Origin: Pristiophorus japonicus
Taxonomy: Eukaryota
NCBI RefSeq assembly: GCF_044704955.1
Contig: NC_091997.1
Span: 20,274,001-20,338,000, forward strand
Length of the DNA stretch: 64,000 nucleotides
Direction: 5' to 3'
The position numbers were made by a program, and so were the translations under genes. Within the stretch, counting starts at the first letter, position 1, and the number at the start of each line of letters is the position of its first letter. Below, piece by piece: positions 1 to 12,263 of this stretch. The notes below the pieces were generated by a model. That model ran no database searches. It was not told the DNA's origin and saw only the letters and a program-made list of their open reading frames with translations.

Positions 1-2240
1 CATTTTTCCCATGAAAGGACCTGCGTAGTCCACATGGATGCGTGACCATGGCTTGGCGGGCCAGGACCAGGGGCTAAGGGGGGTTTCCCTGGGCGCATTG
101 CCCAGCTGGGCACACGTGTTGCACCTGCGAACACAAAGTTCCAGGTCTGCATCTATCCCTGGTCACCAAACGTGTGACATGGCAATTGTCTTCATCATCA
201 TGACAATGCCCGGGTGCTCATTGTGGAATTCTCTGATGAACATCTCTCTGCCCATCTGGGGCATGACTGCTCGGTTTCCCCATTGTAGGCAATCGGCCTG
301 AATCGAGAGTTCATCCTTGTGCCTGTGAAATGGTTTGAATTCCTCAGGGCATGCCCCGAACATGGCTGTTCAGTCCCCATTCAGGACACATTTCTTAACG
401 AAAGACAGTAGCGGGTCTCTATTTGTCCAGACTTTGATCTGACGGGCTGTCACAGGTGAGCCTTCGCTTTCGAAAGCTTCAACAGCCATGACCATCTCAG
501 TGCAGTTTTCAGTGCCCGGTCTGTGCCGAATTGTATAGTCATAGGCAGTTAACATGAGTGCCCACCTCTGTATGCGGGCCGATGCATTTGCATTTATGGC
601 CTTGTTGTCGACCAAAAGGGACGTTAGGGGTTTGTGATCTCTCTCCAGCTCAAATTTCCTGTCAAACAGGTACTGGTGCATTCTTTTTACAGCATATACA
701 CATGCGAGCGCCTCCTTTTTGACCATCCCGTAGCCCCTTTCTGCCTGGGACAGACTTCTGGAGGCATAAGCTACCGGCTGTAACTGACCCTTGCCATTAA
801 CATGCTGCAACACACACCCGACCCCATAGGACGACGCGTCGCACGTTAAAACAAGTTTCTTACATGGGTCATATAGCGTTAACAGATTGTTGGAGCACAA
901 CAAATTTCATGCTCGATCAAATGCCCTTTCCTGGCTGTCCCCCCAGGCCCATTCGCGACCTTTGTGTAGAAGCACATGTAGCGGCTCTAACAACGTGCTC
1001 AATTTGGGAAGAAAGTTACCAAAATAGTTCAGGAGCCCCAGGAACGAACGCAGCTCCGTCGTGTTATGGGGTCTGGGTGCTCGCTGGATCGCTTCTGTTT
1101 TGGACGCAGTAGGTCTGATCCCGTCTGCTGCTACCCTCATCCCCAGGAATTCTACCTCTGGAGCTAGGAAGACACACTTAGCCTTTTTCAGTTGCAGACC
1201 TACTCAGTCCAGTCTGCCTAGCACCTCCTCCAGGTTGTGGAGGTGTTCTTCAGTGTCACAACCTGTGATGAAGATGTCGTCTTGAAAAACCACTGTCCTT
1301 GGAATCGACTTGAGGAGGCTTTCCATATTTCGTTGAAAGATCGCGACGGCTGAGCGAATCCCAAACGGACATCCGCTGTACTCAAACAACCCCTTGTGTG
1401 TCGTGATGGTGGTCAGCTTCTTCGACTCACTTGCCAGCTCCTGGGTCATGTAAGCTGAGGTCAGGTCCAATTTTGAAAAGAGTTTGCCACCAGATAGCGT
1501 CGCAAAGAGGTCCTCCACTCTCGGTAGTGGGTACTGGTCTTGGAGTGACACCCAATTGATGGTGGCCTTGTAATCACCACATATCCTGACCGACCCATCC
1601 GCCTTGAGCACCGGCACAATCGGGCTCGCCCAGTCACTGAATTCGGCTGGCGAGATGATGCCTTCCCTCAGCAGGCGGTCCAATTCGCCTTCTATCTTTT
1701 CCCGCATCACGTACGGCACCGCTCTGGCCTTGTGGTGTACTGGCCTGGCGTCTGGGTTTATGTGAATTATTATCTTGGCCCCCATGAAAGTGCCAATGCC
1801 GGGTTGAAATAGTGAGTCAAATTTGTCCAGGACCTGTGAGCATGATATTCGTTCCACGGAAGAAATTGCATTGACATCGCCCCATTTCCAGTTCATGACA
1901 GCCAGCCAACTCCTCCCCAGCAGTGCGGGACCGTCCCCCGGGACAATCCAGAGTGGCAACCTGTTTTCCGAATCTTTGTGGGTCACGACTACCGTGGCGC
2001 TGCCTAGCACCGGAATGATCTCCTTTGTATATGTCCGTAGCTGTGTGTCAATTGGCAATAATTTTGGCCTCCTGACCTTGGACGCCCACAACTTGTCGAA
2101 CTGCTTGATACTCATCAGGGACTGGCTGGCCCCCGTGTCTAGCTCCATTAATACTGGGATGCCATTGAGGAGCACTTTCATCATTATTGATGGTGTCCTG
2201 GTGTATGAACTGTATTTGTGCTCCACATGAACTTGCTGAA
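1..2240 (-). pseudogene. Gypsy pol (PR-RT-RNaseH-IN N-terminus), fragmented
   Basis: ORF pieces 1204-2394 (PR+RT), 907-1140, 370-903 (RNase H; the usual ADALSR motif is missing after ENC, so there is an internal deletion) and 163-363 (integrase N-terminus). Confidence 0.92.
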
Positions 2241-3209
2241 CTTCAGCTTCCAGCGATTTCCCCCAGTTGGCCTCGTAGGGCTTACATCGTCCCCATCCTC
2301 CTCGTACATCAACCTGGCTGCAGGCTTCCTGCACATACACGCCAAGTGACCGCTGATGTTGCAGTTTCTGCAGGTATATTTCTGATATCTGCATGCTGCT
2401 CGCTGTGTGTTTGCCGCCACACCTCCAACATGAGCCGTTGTTGGAAACAAAAGGTCCATTACCAGTCGATCGTCACTGACTGTCTCTGTAACTGTCGTTA
2501 AGCGCATCATTAACAGGTGTTGATGGCCCCATTACTGGCCGCATTAACCATTGTCTCTGTTGAATTCCCCCTTTGGGTTCGACTACATGCTCGGGCATGT
2601 CTGACTGCCCCTTTCTGCCTGGAGAACTGTGTGCCGCGTTAACAATGTTGACTCCCTGTCCATTTGCTGCATTTAAACCAAGATTTTTGTCAAACATTAT
2701 TCTGGTCTCTTCCTCCCCTGAGATAAACGTCTGGGCCATCAAAGCCACCGTTTCCAGGGTCAAGTCTTTGGTCTCCTGAAAACCCCAGCGTGCCCGATGC
2801 CCTTAATAAAAAAGTCTCGCAGCATCTCTGCTCTGCATGCATCTGGGAATTAACATAGGCTCGCCAGTCGCCGGAGGTCTGCCACGAAGTCTGGAACGCT
2901 TTGCCCTTCTCGCCGCCAGTGCGTGTAAAACCGTTGTCTCGCCATGTGCATGCTGCTAGCCGGTTTAAAGTGTTCCCTGATCAACATACTGAGCTCTTCA
3001 AAAGTCTTGTCCGCCGGCTTCTCTGGCAGTAGAAGGTCTTTCATCAGGGAGTACGTCCTGGATCCACAAACTGTCAGATGAGCCCTGCGTTTGTCGGCCG
3101 AATCCTGTCCCAGCCATTCCTTAGTGACGAAACTTTGCTGTAGTCTCTCAATAAAATCGTCCCAATCCTCACCAACACAGTACCTCTCACCTGTGCTGCT
3201 AGTGGCCAT
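2241..3209 (-). pseudogene. Gypsy gag, fragmented
   Basis: ATG at 3209 gives MATSSTGERYCVGEDWDDFIERLQQSF...RREGQSVPDFVADLRRLASLC; zinc knuckle CRNCNISGHLACMC in ORF 2184-2510. Confidence 0.9.
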
Positions 3210-3234
3210 GCTCACATGGTTTAAATCCCAGTTT

Positions 3235-3244
3235 CTCGTCGCCA
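3235..3244 (-). other. Primer binding site, complementary to the 3' end of tRNA-Ser(GCU)
   Basis: TGGCGACGAG directly after the LTR; vertebrate tRNA-Ser(GCU) ends ...CCUCGUCGCCA (from recall). Confidence 0.8.
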
Positions 3245-3245
3245 A

Positions 3246-3479
3246 TAATATGTCCTTACTATACAGTATAAATGCACACGAGAGGAGGTCACTCTGTGAC
3301 CAGTAACCTTTATTAGCCAGCACTGAAGTGATGAAGGTGGGTGGAGCTTCCCCTTTTATACCTGAAAGTCCAGGTTAGGAGTGTCTCCCACAAGTTCACC
3401 ACCTAGTGGTCAATGTTCTCACGGTGTACAACTTAGGTCAGTTTATACATGGGTTACAATGACAGTTGAATACATGACA
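3246..3479 (-). repeat. 5' LTR of the left Gypsy element (~234 bp)
   Basis: Starts TGTCATGTA, contains TATAAAA and AATAAA on the minus strand, ends ...GGACATATTA just before the PBS. Confidence 0.85.
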
Positions 3480-3480
3480 A

Positions 3481-3740
3481 CTGTCTCATAAATCGCCTTG
3501 CTAGTTACTCTCAACACTCTCGGACATATACCACCTAACCCTGGGGATCTATTTGTTTTCAATCATTTTTATTAAGCTTGTCTCGGTTCTCTTTCTCATT
3601 TATATTAGGTCTTGAATTATGCCTGGTGCTCTTTTGTTGAGAAGGCATGTTGTTTGTGTCTTCCCTGTGAATACTTTGAGGAAGTAATAATTTTAAGTAT
3701 TTATGACCTTGCACGCTCATCGTCAGTTTCAAGCCCATTT
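3481..3740 (-). mobile_element. Old, degraded CR1-type ORF2 fragment flanking the Gypsy LTR
   Basis: Minus translation LKTNRSPGLGGICPRVLR resembles the CR1 motif LKADKSPGPDGLHPRVLK in ORF 23247-23999. Confidence 0.6.
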
Positions 3741-3773
3741 GTATTTTTTTGTTAAGTGTTCTCGCCTCTTCTC

Positions 3774-4073
3774 AACAACAACAACTTGTATTTATATAGT
3801 GCCTTTAACATAGTGAAACATCCCAAAGCGCTTCACAGGAGTATTATGCGATAACAATATGACACCAAGCCGCATAAGTAGAAATTAGCGCAGGTGACCA
3901 AAAGCTTGGTCAAAGAAGTATGTTTTAAGGAGCGTCTTGAAGGATGAAAGAGAGGTAGAGAGGCGGAGGGGTTTAGGCAGGGAGTTCCAGAACTTGGGGC
4001 CTAGGCAACAGAAGGCACAGCCACTAATGGTTGAGCATTTACAATCGGGGATGCTCAGGAGGGCAGAATTAGA
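3774..4073 (-). mobile_element. L2-type LINE 3' end
   Basis: Minus strand ends ...AAAGGCACTATATAAATACAAG(TTG)n; homologous to 27035-27268, 51945-52258 and 60366-60568. Confidence 0.8.
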
Positions 4074-4127
4074 GCTGGCAGTCTTTTTGCCATTACAGTA
4101 CTGATTTTTTGATTGTTATGTTAAGGT

Positions 4128-4572
4128 GTGAGCCTTGGATCAGTGATTGTACTCCTGCCTCAGCCGAGTCAGAAGGCATGGGTTCAAGCCACACTGCAGA
4201 AACTTAAGCACCTAATCTAGGCTCACACTTCAGTGCAGTGGTGAGGGAATGCTGCAATGTAGGAGGTGCCATCTTTCCGATGAGATGCTAAACCAAGGTC
4301 CTGCTCACCCTCTCAGATGGATATAAAAGATCCCATGCCACTATTTGAAGAAGGCCAGAAGAGTTCTTCTGGTGTCCTGGTCAATATTCATCCCTCAGCC
4401 AATATCACTAAAACAGATTATCTGGCCATTTATCTCATTGCTGTTTGTGGGACCTTGCTGCATGCAAATTGGCTGCTGTGTTCTCCTACGTTACAACAGG
4501 GAATGAATTCAGAACGTTCTTTATTGAATGCGAAGTGCTTTGGAACAGCCTGAGGTTGTGAAAGGTGCTATT
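4128..4572 (+). mobile_element. tRNA-headed DeuSINE (SacSINE1-like)
   Basis: A-box-like TGGATCAGTGA, B-box GGTTCAAGCC, Deu-domain core AAAAGATCCCATGCCACTATTTGAAGAAG, L2-like tail; at least 7 related copies in the window. Confidence 0.85.
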
Positions 4573-4624
4573 TCTGTGTATTTTGCTTCTGTTGCTGTGC
4601 TTTTTTTGGTAGATCTCACTTAGA

Positions 4625-5970
4625 CCGTCTGATTAGCCTTTAACTTGATACTAAAGGGTACAATCCTAAAGGGAGTGCACGAACAGAGAGACCTGGGGGG
4701 TATATGTGCACAAATCATTAAAGGGAGCAGGGCAGGTTGAGAAAGCGTTAAAAAGGCATAGGAGACCCCGGGCTTTATAAATAGAGGCATAGAGTACAAA
4801 AAGCAAGGGAGTTGTGATAAACCTTTATAAAACACGGGTTGGCCTCAACTGGAATATTGGGGCAGATTTTCGGGCCTTCTGCGCTCCGTTTTTCACCCCG
4901 GAGCAGAGGCAATGGTGGCGGTGAGGTCTTCTGGGTGAGTGGTCAGCCTCTGGCGTCCCGCAGCGATCCTCGGGTCCGGTTTTGTGGCAGCACGGAATAG
5001 CATTGCCCAGAAGAGCTGCATCGGACACCAGCCTGGGTTTGACTTCAGCCCAACCCACAGGGAATGCCTAGGAAATCTGACGGTCCAACGATACTGACTG
5101 CAGAGAGGGAAGTAATGGACTCCTAAGGTAAGTGTGATTGTGTTTTCTTTTAATTTCTTTTGTGATTTATGTTGTGGAGGAGTGGGCAATGTTTTCGGAA
5201 TGTTTTTGTGAATTTTTGTTTAGTTATTTTTTCGCCCCAGGTGTCTCTCGGAGCGCTCCCGGCCGGCTCTTTAGCTCGGGATTTTCCCATGCTAGCACCC
5301 AGGAGAGGTGTACAATCCCTCGCAGCCCGACTCGGGGCCCAGCTGCCCAATTTTACTTACTAAGATGCAAACTGTTCACGGGCGCAAACTTTACCACTCC
5401 GCTGCTATTACCGCCCTGAAATTATCAAAACCAAAAATCCAGCCCCTTGTGTCCAATTCTGGGCAACCCACTTTAGGAAGGATGTGAAGGCCTTAGAGAA
5501 GGTGCAGAAAAGAGCTACAAGAATAGTTCCAGGCATGAGGGACGTCAGTTACATGGATAGACTGGAGAAGCTGGGATTGTTCTCCTTAGAGAAGGTTGAG
5601 AGGAGATTTGATAGAAGTGTTCAAAATCATGTGTGGTCTGGACAGAGTAGATGGAGAGAAACTGTTCCCATTGGCGGAAGGGTCGAGAACCAGAGGACAC
5701 AGATTTAAGGTCCAAAGGTGACATGAGGGAAAACATTTTTTACGCAGTGAGTGGTTAGGATCTGGAATGCGCTGTCTGAAAGGGTGGTGGAGGTAGATTC
5801 ACTCATGGCTTTCGAAAGGGAATTGGATAAGTACCTGAAGGAAAAAGAATTGCAGGGCTCTGGGGAAAGGGCGGGGGAGTGGGACTAGCTGACGTGCTCT
5901 TGCAGAGAGCCGGCACGGGCTCGACCAGCCGAATGGCCTCCTTCTGTGCTGTAACCATTCCATGATTCTA
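4625..5970 (+). mobile_element. CR1 LINE 3' fragment split by a MITE (4859-5446)
   Basis: RT C-terminal coding (LEKVQKRATRIVPGMR) and 3' UTR ending CATGATTCTAT; the CR1 sequence GGAATATT/GTGTCCAATTCTGG rejoins across the insertion. Confidence 0.85.
4859..5446. mobile_element. Harbinger-type MITE
   Basis: Imperfect TIR GGGGCAGATTTTCGG / CCAAAAATCCAGCCCC; clean insertion into a CR1 with a 2-3 bp duplication (TT or TTG). Confidence 0.75.
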
Positions 5971-6504
5971 TATTAATTGCAATGAGCCATTTCTCCTTTC
6001 TCCCTGCAGGATTTATACAGCTAATTCTTCATTCTTTTTCTGTTATTTAGTGACCGACATATTGCTACTGTGCTCCTTTTAAACTTTCTGTGGGCTCTGT
6101 CAATGTCGATGTGGGTGCAGTGTCCAGGGCAGAGATATGTAATAAGAGGCCGAGAATGAGGAGCGCGAGAGAAGTTGGCTCTTAATGGCCCTGAAGGAAG
6201 TACTCCACCTGTAGGTACCTGAACACATCCTACTGAGGAACATGGAATTTTTCCATCAATTACTGAAAGGGCAAGATCTCACTTCTATGAAGAAACTTAC
6301 CAAGTTTGATGATGCAATTCTTCAGGCCAGGTTCTGAATCCACTTGTAGCTAATGCAGATAGGAGTTCTCTATTGGTTCAGGTTAGTGAGAAGGCTGGTA
6401 GTAAGTTCTGTTGGTTCTGTCATGCAAATCCCTCCTTCCAGCTTGACAGAATTAGTGAAAATGTAGAAAACTTGCTTATTCCCACTGGCCCCTTGTAAGA
6501 TGAA

Positions 6505-6830
6505 TGGTTGACCCTCACCAAAATTTCTGTTCCCTTGCCTTTGACTTCATCCCACTTGCTGGATACTCACTGAGGCTAACGCTCATGATGTGCAATCTTG
6601 ACGTCTTGTTTGATCCTGACCCCATATCCTATCCATCACCAAGACCATTTATCTTGCTACTAATGCTATTGAAGCCCCTGTCCATGCTTTCAATGAATGC
6701 TTCTCCAACGCTCTGCTTGCTGACCTCCCAAACAACTCATCTGAAATTCTTTTATCCATAACCTGTCCCGCACTAAATCCTGCCCATCAACTTGTCCGCC
6801 CTCACCTCTACTGGCTCGAGATTGCATTGA
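6505..6830 (+). mobile_element. Degraded L2-type ORF2 3' fragment
   Basis: CT-rich, with ...CTGAGGCTAAC...TGCAATCTTGACGTCTTGTTTGATCCTGA resembling the L2 RT C-terminal region (xRNLGVxFDxxL). Confidence 0.5.
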
Positions 6831-7376
6831 ATTCAATTGAATTGGCATTGTTTTCCCCTTTGCTCACATTTTCTTACCTCTCCCTCTTTCTCTCCCTCCT
6901 TCTACTCCCCGGACCCCCATCCCTATTTAGCAGCATCATTGCCGATCTCTCTCAATTCTCCGAGTGAGATTTTTCAATGAGTCATCAGTTAGGGCTGAAT
7001 CGCAGGCCGCGATTCTGCCAATGGCTATGCCCACCGAGACTGAAAAGAGTCAAAGCTTTTCATTAATTAATTACTTACAAATTCATTATTGGATCTATAG
7101 TATTGGACTTTAAGCGCCTTGGTAGAGATTGATTTCACAACTACACAGAAGGTTGTTTCTCTTTTAAATATGATTTGTCTCTGTTAAAATCTTTCTCTAA
7201 TCTCAACACTTTTTTTTATCCACTCAACAATTTTCAGAACATTATAAAAATTCCAAACCAACTTCTAAGATCCATTTATTATGTGTTCAAATCATTTTGA
7301 ATTACTTTGAACAGAGAAAAGGAATGTGTCAGATATAACACGGCAAATGCTAATTCTAACAATACATGCAATCATA

Positions 7377-8330
7377 TCATCATAGGCAGTCCCTCGGAAT
7401 CGAGGAAGACTTGTTTCCACTCCTGAAGTGAGTTCTCTGGTGGCTAAACAGTCCAATACGAGAGCCACAGACTCTGTCACAGGTGGGACAGGTAGTTGTT
7501 GAGGGAAGGGATGGGTGGGCTAAGTTCCTGGGCAACAATGGTGGTGCGGCATTCCGGCCTGTCGCTGTTGGGGTTGTCCATGAGGGTCCTGACATTCCAG
7601 GTCCCGAACTTCATGTCAACGGAGTGGAAGATGTCTGTGCGTGAGTTCTTTTAATGTGGGGTGGTCGTTGCACACCGGCTACCACAGGGGCTTAGCTGAG
7701 CAAGGTCTTGATCCAGTGGCAAGGGGATCCAAGACAACTGGAGTACAGGCATTGCTATATGGGCCTAGCTGCCTACGGCGTTGGCCGCAGGCTCGGTACT
7801 GGGTAGCGCCCTTGGTGGTAGGTAGTCCGAGGCCTGGTTGGGGGCAGGCATTGGGAGGGTCAGTGGCCCACCTGGGTTCAGGGTGGGAGGGCGGGGGGGG
7901 GGCACAGACATGGAACTCACCACGTGTTGGAGGTGGAGAAGAAGTCAGGTCGCCAGTGGGGAAGGAGAGCTCCAGTCGTCGCTGAAGGAGGAGGGGAGGC
8001 CAGTCGCCGACGCGGGAGATGGGGACCCGGTCGTCGTTGAGGAGAAGATCGTCTGTCACCACGGGAGGTCCAGCCGTCATCGAAATTGCCCACACTCTGT
8101 CGTGGAGGAGGCCCATTTGCCGTCGCTGGAGGTGTACACGGCTGGGGGAGTGGAGGCCCGACAGCCAGATCCAGGTTGAAGACGCCGCCTCCGGAGGTCG
8201 GGGGTCGCCGGCGGACGTCGGAGGTTGCCAGAAGTCACTGGGGGTCGCCTGAGGTCATCGGGGTCGCTGGAGGTCGTCGGGGATCGCCGATGGGTGATTT
8301 GGTGGGAAGCCTGCGGTAGGCCAAATGGCA
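7377..8330 (-). mobile_element. Internally deleted RTE-clade LINE (5' UTR and ORF start fused to the 3' end)
   Basis: Minus strand: GC-rich leader, then MKFGTWNVRTLMDNPNSDRPECRTTIVAQEL (APE endonuclease start, ATG ~7615), joined at ~7520 to the C-terminal CPTCDRVCGSRIGLFSHQRTH and the 3' end GAGGGACTGCCTATGATGAT. Confidence 0.88.
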
Positions 8331-8354
8331 ACACAAAATCAGTACAGCAACAAC

Positions 8355-9698
8355 ACCAGTACTGACCAGCACAGAAACACCAGGACTGACCAGCACAGAA
8401 ACACCAGGACTGACCAGGGCAGAAACACCAGGACTGACCAGCACAGAAACACCAGGACTGACCACCACAGAAACACTAGAACTGACCAGGGCAGGAACAC
8501 CAGGACTGACCAGCACAGAAATACCAGTACTGACCAATACAGAAACACCAGGACTGACCAGGGCAGAAACACCAGGACTGACCAGGACAGAAACACCAGT
8601 ACTGACCAGGGCAGAAACACCAGTACTGACCAATACAGAAACACCAGGACTGACCAGGGCAGAAACACCAGTACTGACCAGGGCAGGAACACCAGTACTG
8701 ACCAGGGCGGGAACACCAGTACTGACCAGGGCAGGAACACCAAGACTGACCAGGGCAGGAACACCAGGACTGACCAGGGCAGGAACACCAGGACTGACCA
8801 GCGCAGAAACACCAGGACTGACCAGCGCAGAAATACCAGGACTGACCAGGGTAGGAACACCAGGACTGATCAGGGCAGGAACACCAGGACTTACCAGGAC
8901 AGAAACACCAGGACTGACCAGCACAGAAACACCAGAACTGACCAGGGCAGGAACACCAGGACTGACCAGGGCAGGAACACCAGGACTGACCAGGGCAGAA
9001 ACACCAGTACTGACCAGGACAGGAACACCAGGACTGACCAGGGCAGGAACTCCAGGACTGACCAGGGCAGGAACACCAGGACTGACCAGGGCAGGAACAC
9101 CAGGACTGACCAGGGCAGAAACACCAGGACTGACCAGGGCAGAAACACCAGTACTGACCAGGGCAGGAACACCAGTACTGACCAGGGCAGGAACACCAGG
9201 ACTGACTAGCACAGAAACACCAGGACTAACCAGGACAAGAACACCAGGACTGACCAGGGCAGAAACACCAGTACTGATCAGCACAGAAACACCAGGACTG
9301 ACCAGGGCAGAAACACCAGGACTGACCAGCACAGAAACACCAGGACTGACCAGGGCAGAAACACCAGTACTGACCAGGGCAGGAACACCAGTACTGACCA
9401 GGGCAGGAACACCAGTACTGACCAGGGCAGGAACACCAGGACTGACCAGAGCAGGAACACCAGTACTGACCAGAGCAGAAACACCAGGACTGACCAGAGC
9501 AGGAACACCAGGACTGACCAGGGCAGAAACACCAGGACTGACCAGCACAGGAACACCAGGACTGACCAGAGCAGGAACACCAGGACTGACCAGAGCAGGA
9601 ACACCAGGACTGACCAGCACAGGAACACCAGGACTGACCAGAGCAGGAACACCAGGACTGACCAGAGCAGGAACACCAGGACTGACCAGGGCAGGAAC
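8355..9698. repeat. 24-bp minisatellite, ~56 copies
   Basis: Unit CTGACCAGGGCAG(G/A)AACACCAG(G/T)A in direct tandem with no spacers. Confidence 0.97.
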
Positions 9699-10507
9699 AA
9701 TGCCAGGCAGATCTAAACAGGAACATTGGGGGATTTCCTGGCGTTGCAGATATCGGCAGTTTTCATCTTCAACTAACCCAGTATCTGCTCATATTCTTGA
9801 AGACCATCAACAGGGCTTGTATTTTTTTTGATATTTTTAAAGCATAATTTATTTTTGTTCTAAAGCAGGACCCGTGATATCAGGGTCCCACGGCCCTTCT
9901 GGGTCGATGAATCCTGAGCCCGCAGTCAGTGTTTGCCCCCTCACCTTCCACCTCGGCTCCACCTCCGTGCATCAGCCTGTGTGCTCCCGGTCTGATTCAC
10001 TTTCTGATGTCTTTGGCCTCGTGCTTGGTAAGGAGAGGGCGGGTGACAGTGTGTGTGATGTTGTGCTGGGAGGGACAGATGCAGAAAGGCCTTCCTCTTC
10101 TGCTTTATTTGTTGTGATGTCCAGAGAGGAGAGGACGAGAAGTTACAATGGGCTGCTGTGGAGTAGAGTTCACATGCGGTTTTATGATGGTTTTTTTTTT
10201 CTGGCGAGTTATGTGTCCTTTAGAAGGAAGAGAAGCATCATATTGCGATGTACCTGAAACATACAGCTACCCTCTGAATTTGCTCAGTCCAATTCTCTCC
10301 ACTCTCTGCCTCCCAAGTATCTCAAATGCTATTTGCTTGTTGGGCTGAGAGGTTGGAAGTGGGGATCCACCATTTGTGGCCAAGCTCTCTTAGCTGTCAT
10401 GGGCTGTCTTCTCGTTTAAGAAGAATGCCAAAAATGAGAGTGTCCTTTGGTTGCCATGAGATGGAGTGAAATCCAAAGCTTCGATACAGACAATGGTGTC
10501 AGGCTTT

Positions 10508-10874
10508 TGTTATATATGCAGACTATAGATATACTCTCTGTGTAGTCACTGTATAGTTGCAGCAGATGGAGACTTGTTACCTGATGTACTATCAATAAGG
10601 TTTACACTGTGTGTTTACTATGCTGGCACCACTAGAGGGTGCAACTGGTGGAGACCGGGGTTTCCTGCCCCTGTGGCAGAGGCTGTCCACTACAGGGCAC
10701 TGCGGTGGGAGACCTGAGGGTCACCTGAACAGCTGTGCAGGGCCCAGTAAAAAAAGGCTGTCCACCATGCTTGTGCCTCACTCTGGAGTTACGAATAAAG
10801 GACCAAGGTCACTACAGTTTGAGTACAACACATTGCCTGGTGGAGTCATTAATAAATGCATTACAGACATAACA
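10508..10874 (+). mobile_element. Solo LTR (367 bp) with 5-bp TSD
   Basis: TGTTATAT...ACATAACA, internal AATAAA, flanked by GCTTT at 10503-10507 and 10875-10879; homologous to 28834-29137. Confidence 0.92.
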
Positions 10875-12263
10875 GCTTTTTGTGGGTTCCATACATTTAA
10901 GAGTGAAGGAATTTCAGCAGGTGAAACCTGAAGGTATGAAGGGCCCTGCAAAACTTTTGGACATTGACGACAAGTTCCTGACGCACTTCAGCACAATAAG
11001 GGACAGGTAGGTGCAAGTGGCAAATGTGCCTACTACAATGCATTCTTTAGAAGTTTGGCTGCTTCCTTTAACTTGAAGTGATCTATTCAGGTCAATGTTT
11101 TGCAGCACTGAACTGCCATGTGGAGAGATTTTGGAGGTGGCTTATACTGCCATAGCCACCTCCCTCCACTGTTACTTCTCACTTTCCTTGTGTGGCCTTC
11201 TGCCTTCCATCCCACGTAGGGCCTTGTTCCTCATCCTTTTAGCAGCCACTGCTGCCGCTAAAAACTTAGAGGCTCTATGCCCTGCAGCAGAATTCTAAGA
11301 AATAGTGCCATGATTTTCAATCTTGCTGCTCAACAAAAAGATGGTTCCTGAGATTTCCTAACTCTTTAAGTTGCTGTCGGCATGTAACGTTGGCAGCAGC
11401 ACGCCATCCCATCCCCCACCCACCACACAAGTGACAAGACAGAATTACCGCTAAGAGTCCGTCTTAATTATTCAAAGATGAGCCTGGGAAAACTCATGTG
11501 AATTCAATTGGGATGATAAATATTCAAATCCATGAGCAATCCTGCCAGAGATTAAAATCTAGACTTGTGTATTTTCTCAGTTCAAATAAATGCTGGTGTT
11601 TCTAGACATGCAGGGCCAGAAAATAACCTGGGAACACACTCTGCCGCCCATGCACCACCCCTATTTTCCGCTCCCCAGGTCCAACTGCGGATTATACAAT
11701 CCAGGAAAATGTGTCCTCCAACATCTTTCCCGTGATCTGCTGGTTTGGACACACCATTAGACCCAGGCATTATTGTAGACGGAGTGACTGCTGCCAACGA
11801 ACCAGAAGCTGATGCCAATGACCGGAAGAAGTGTTCTGCGCATTAATCTGGAAGTATCAATCATTTTTATGCTTTTTAGCCCCCCCACAGAGTCCGTGAG
11901 TCCCAAAGACCCACTCCTTGTTCCTGGTATTTTTCCCCCAGGCCCGCTCCATCTTCTCAGCACTTTTTCCCCAGGCTCCGTGAGTCCCGAGCGAACAACC
12001 CCAAAAAACCACAGGCAGCACACACGCAACTACTTCCGGTTCGTTGGCAGCAGTCGCGCCCTATTATAAAGATTGGTGGGGCGGGCAGGGAGGGGGGGCA
12101 GAGATTTGTTTTGTTTTGTGAATCCAGAGTTCATTGACCATAGCCTTACACAAGCCAAAGAGGGCATCAAAAGTTTTTCCAAACATTTTCTGCAGGCTGA
12201 CTGTACCCCCACACAATGGAGGTCTTTGAGGCCCACTGCAGCAAAACTTCATGCCAGTCTGGA

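Larger units (their letters stand above)
1..3479 (-). mobile_element. Gypsy (Ty3/Metaviridae, Mag-like) LTR retrotransposon, decayed, 3' part runs off the left edge
   Basis: Minus-strand order is LTR, PBS, gag, CCHC knuckles, protease (ELDTGA), RT (FQDDI), RNase H (CDASSYGVG), integrase zinc-binding region (FHNEHPG...HVW). Integrase after RNase H is the Gypsy order. Many stops and frameshifts. Confidence 0.95.

Noticed and set aside
4128-4195. tRNA gene (also the heads at ~36600, ~42450 and ~56540)
   Set aside because: These are SINE heads with A/B boxes that run into the Deu domain; no complete cloverleaf.
7620-8330. HDV-like ribozyme in the RTE leader
   Set aside because: Such ribozymes are known in some RTEs, but I could not assemble P1-P4 and the catalytic C by eye; a motif search is needed.
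8355-9698. CRISPR array (also considered for 12264-12492)
   Set aside because: Units are contiguous with no unique spacers, there are no cas genes, and the context is vertebrate.
8235-9726. Long ORFs (461 aa, 294 aa and others) as real genes
   Set aside because: They are translations of a stop-free 24-bp tandem repeat, with no unique domain or exon structure.
9874-10257. 127-aa ORF as a gene
   Set aside because: Non-ATG start, no recognisable motif and no convincing splice context.
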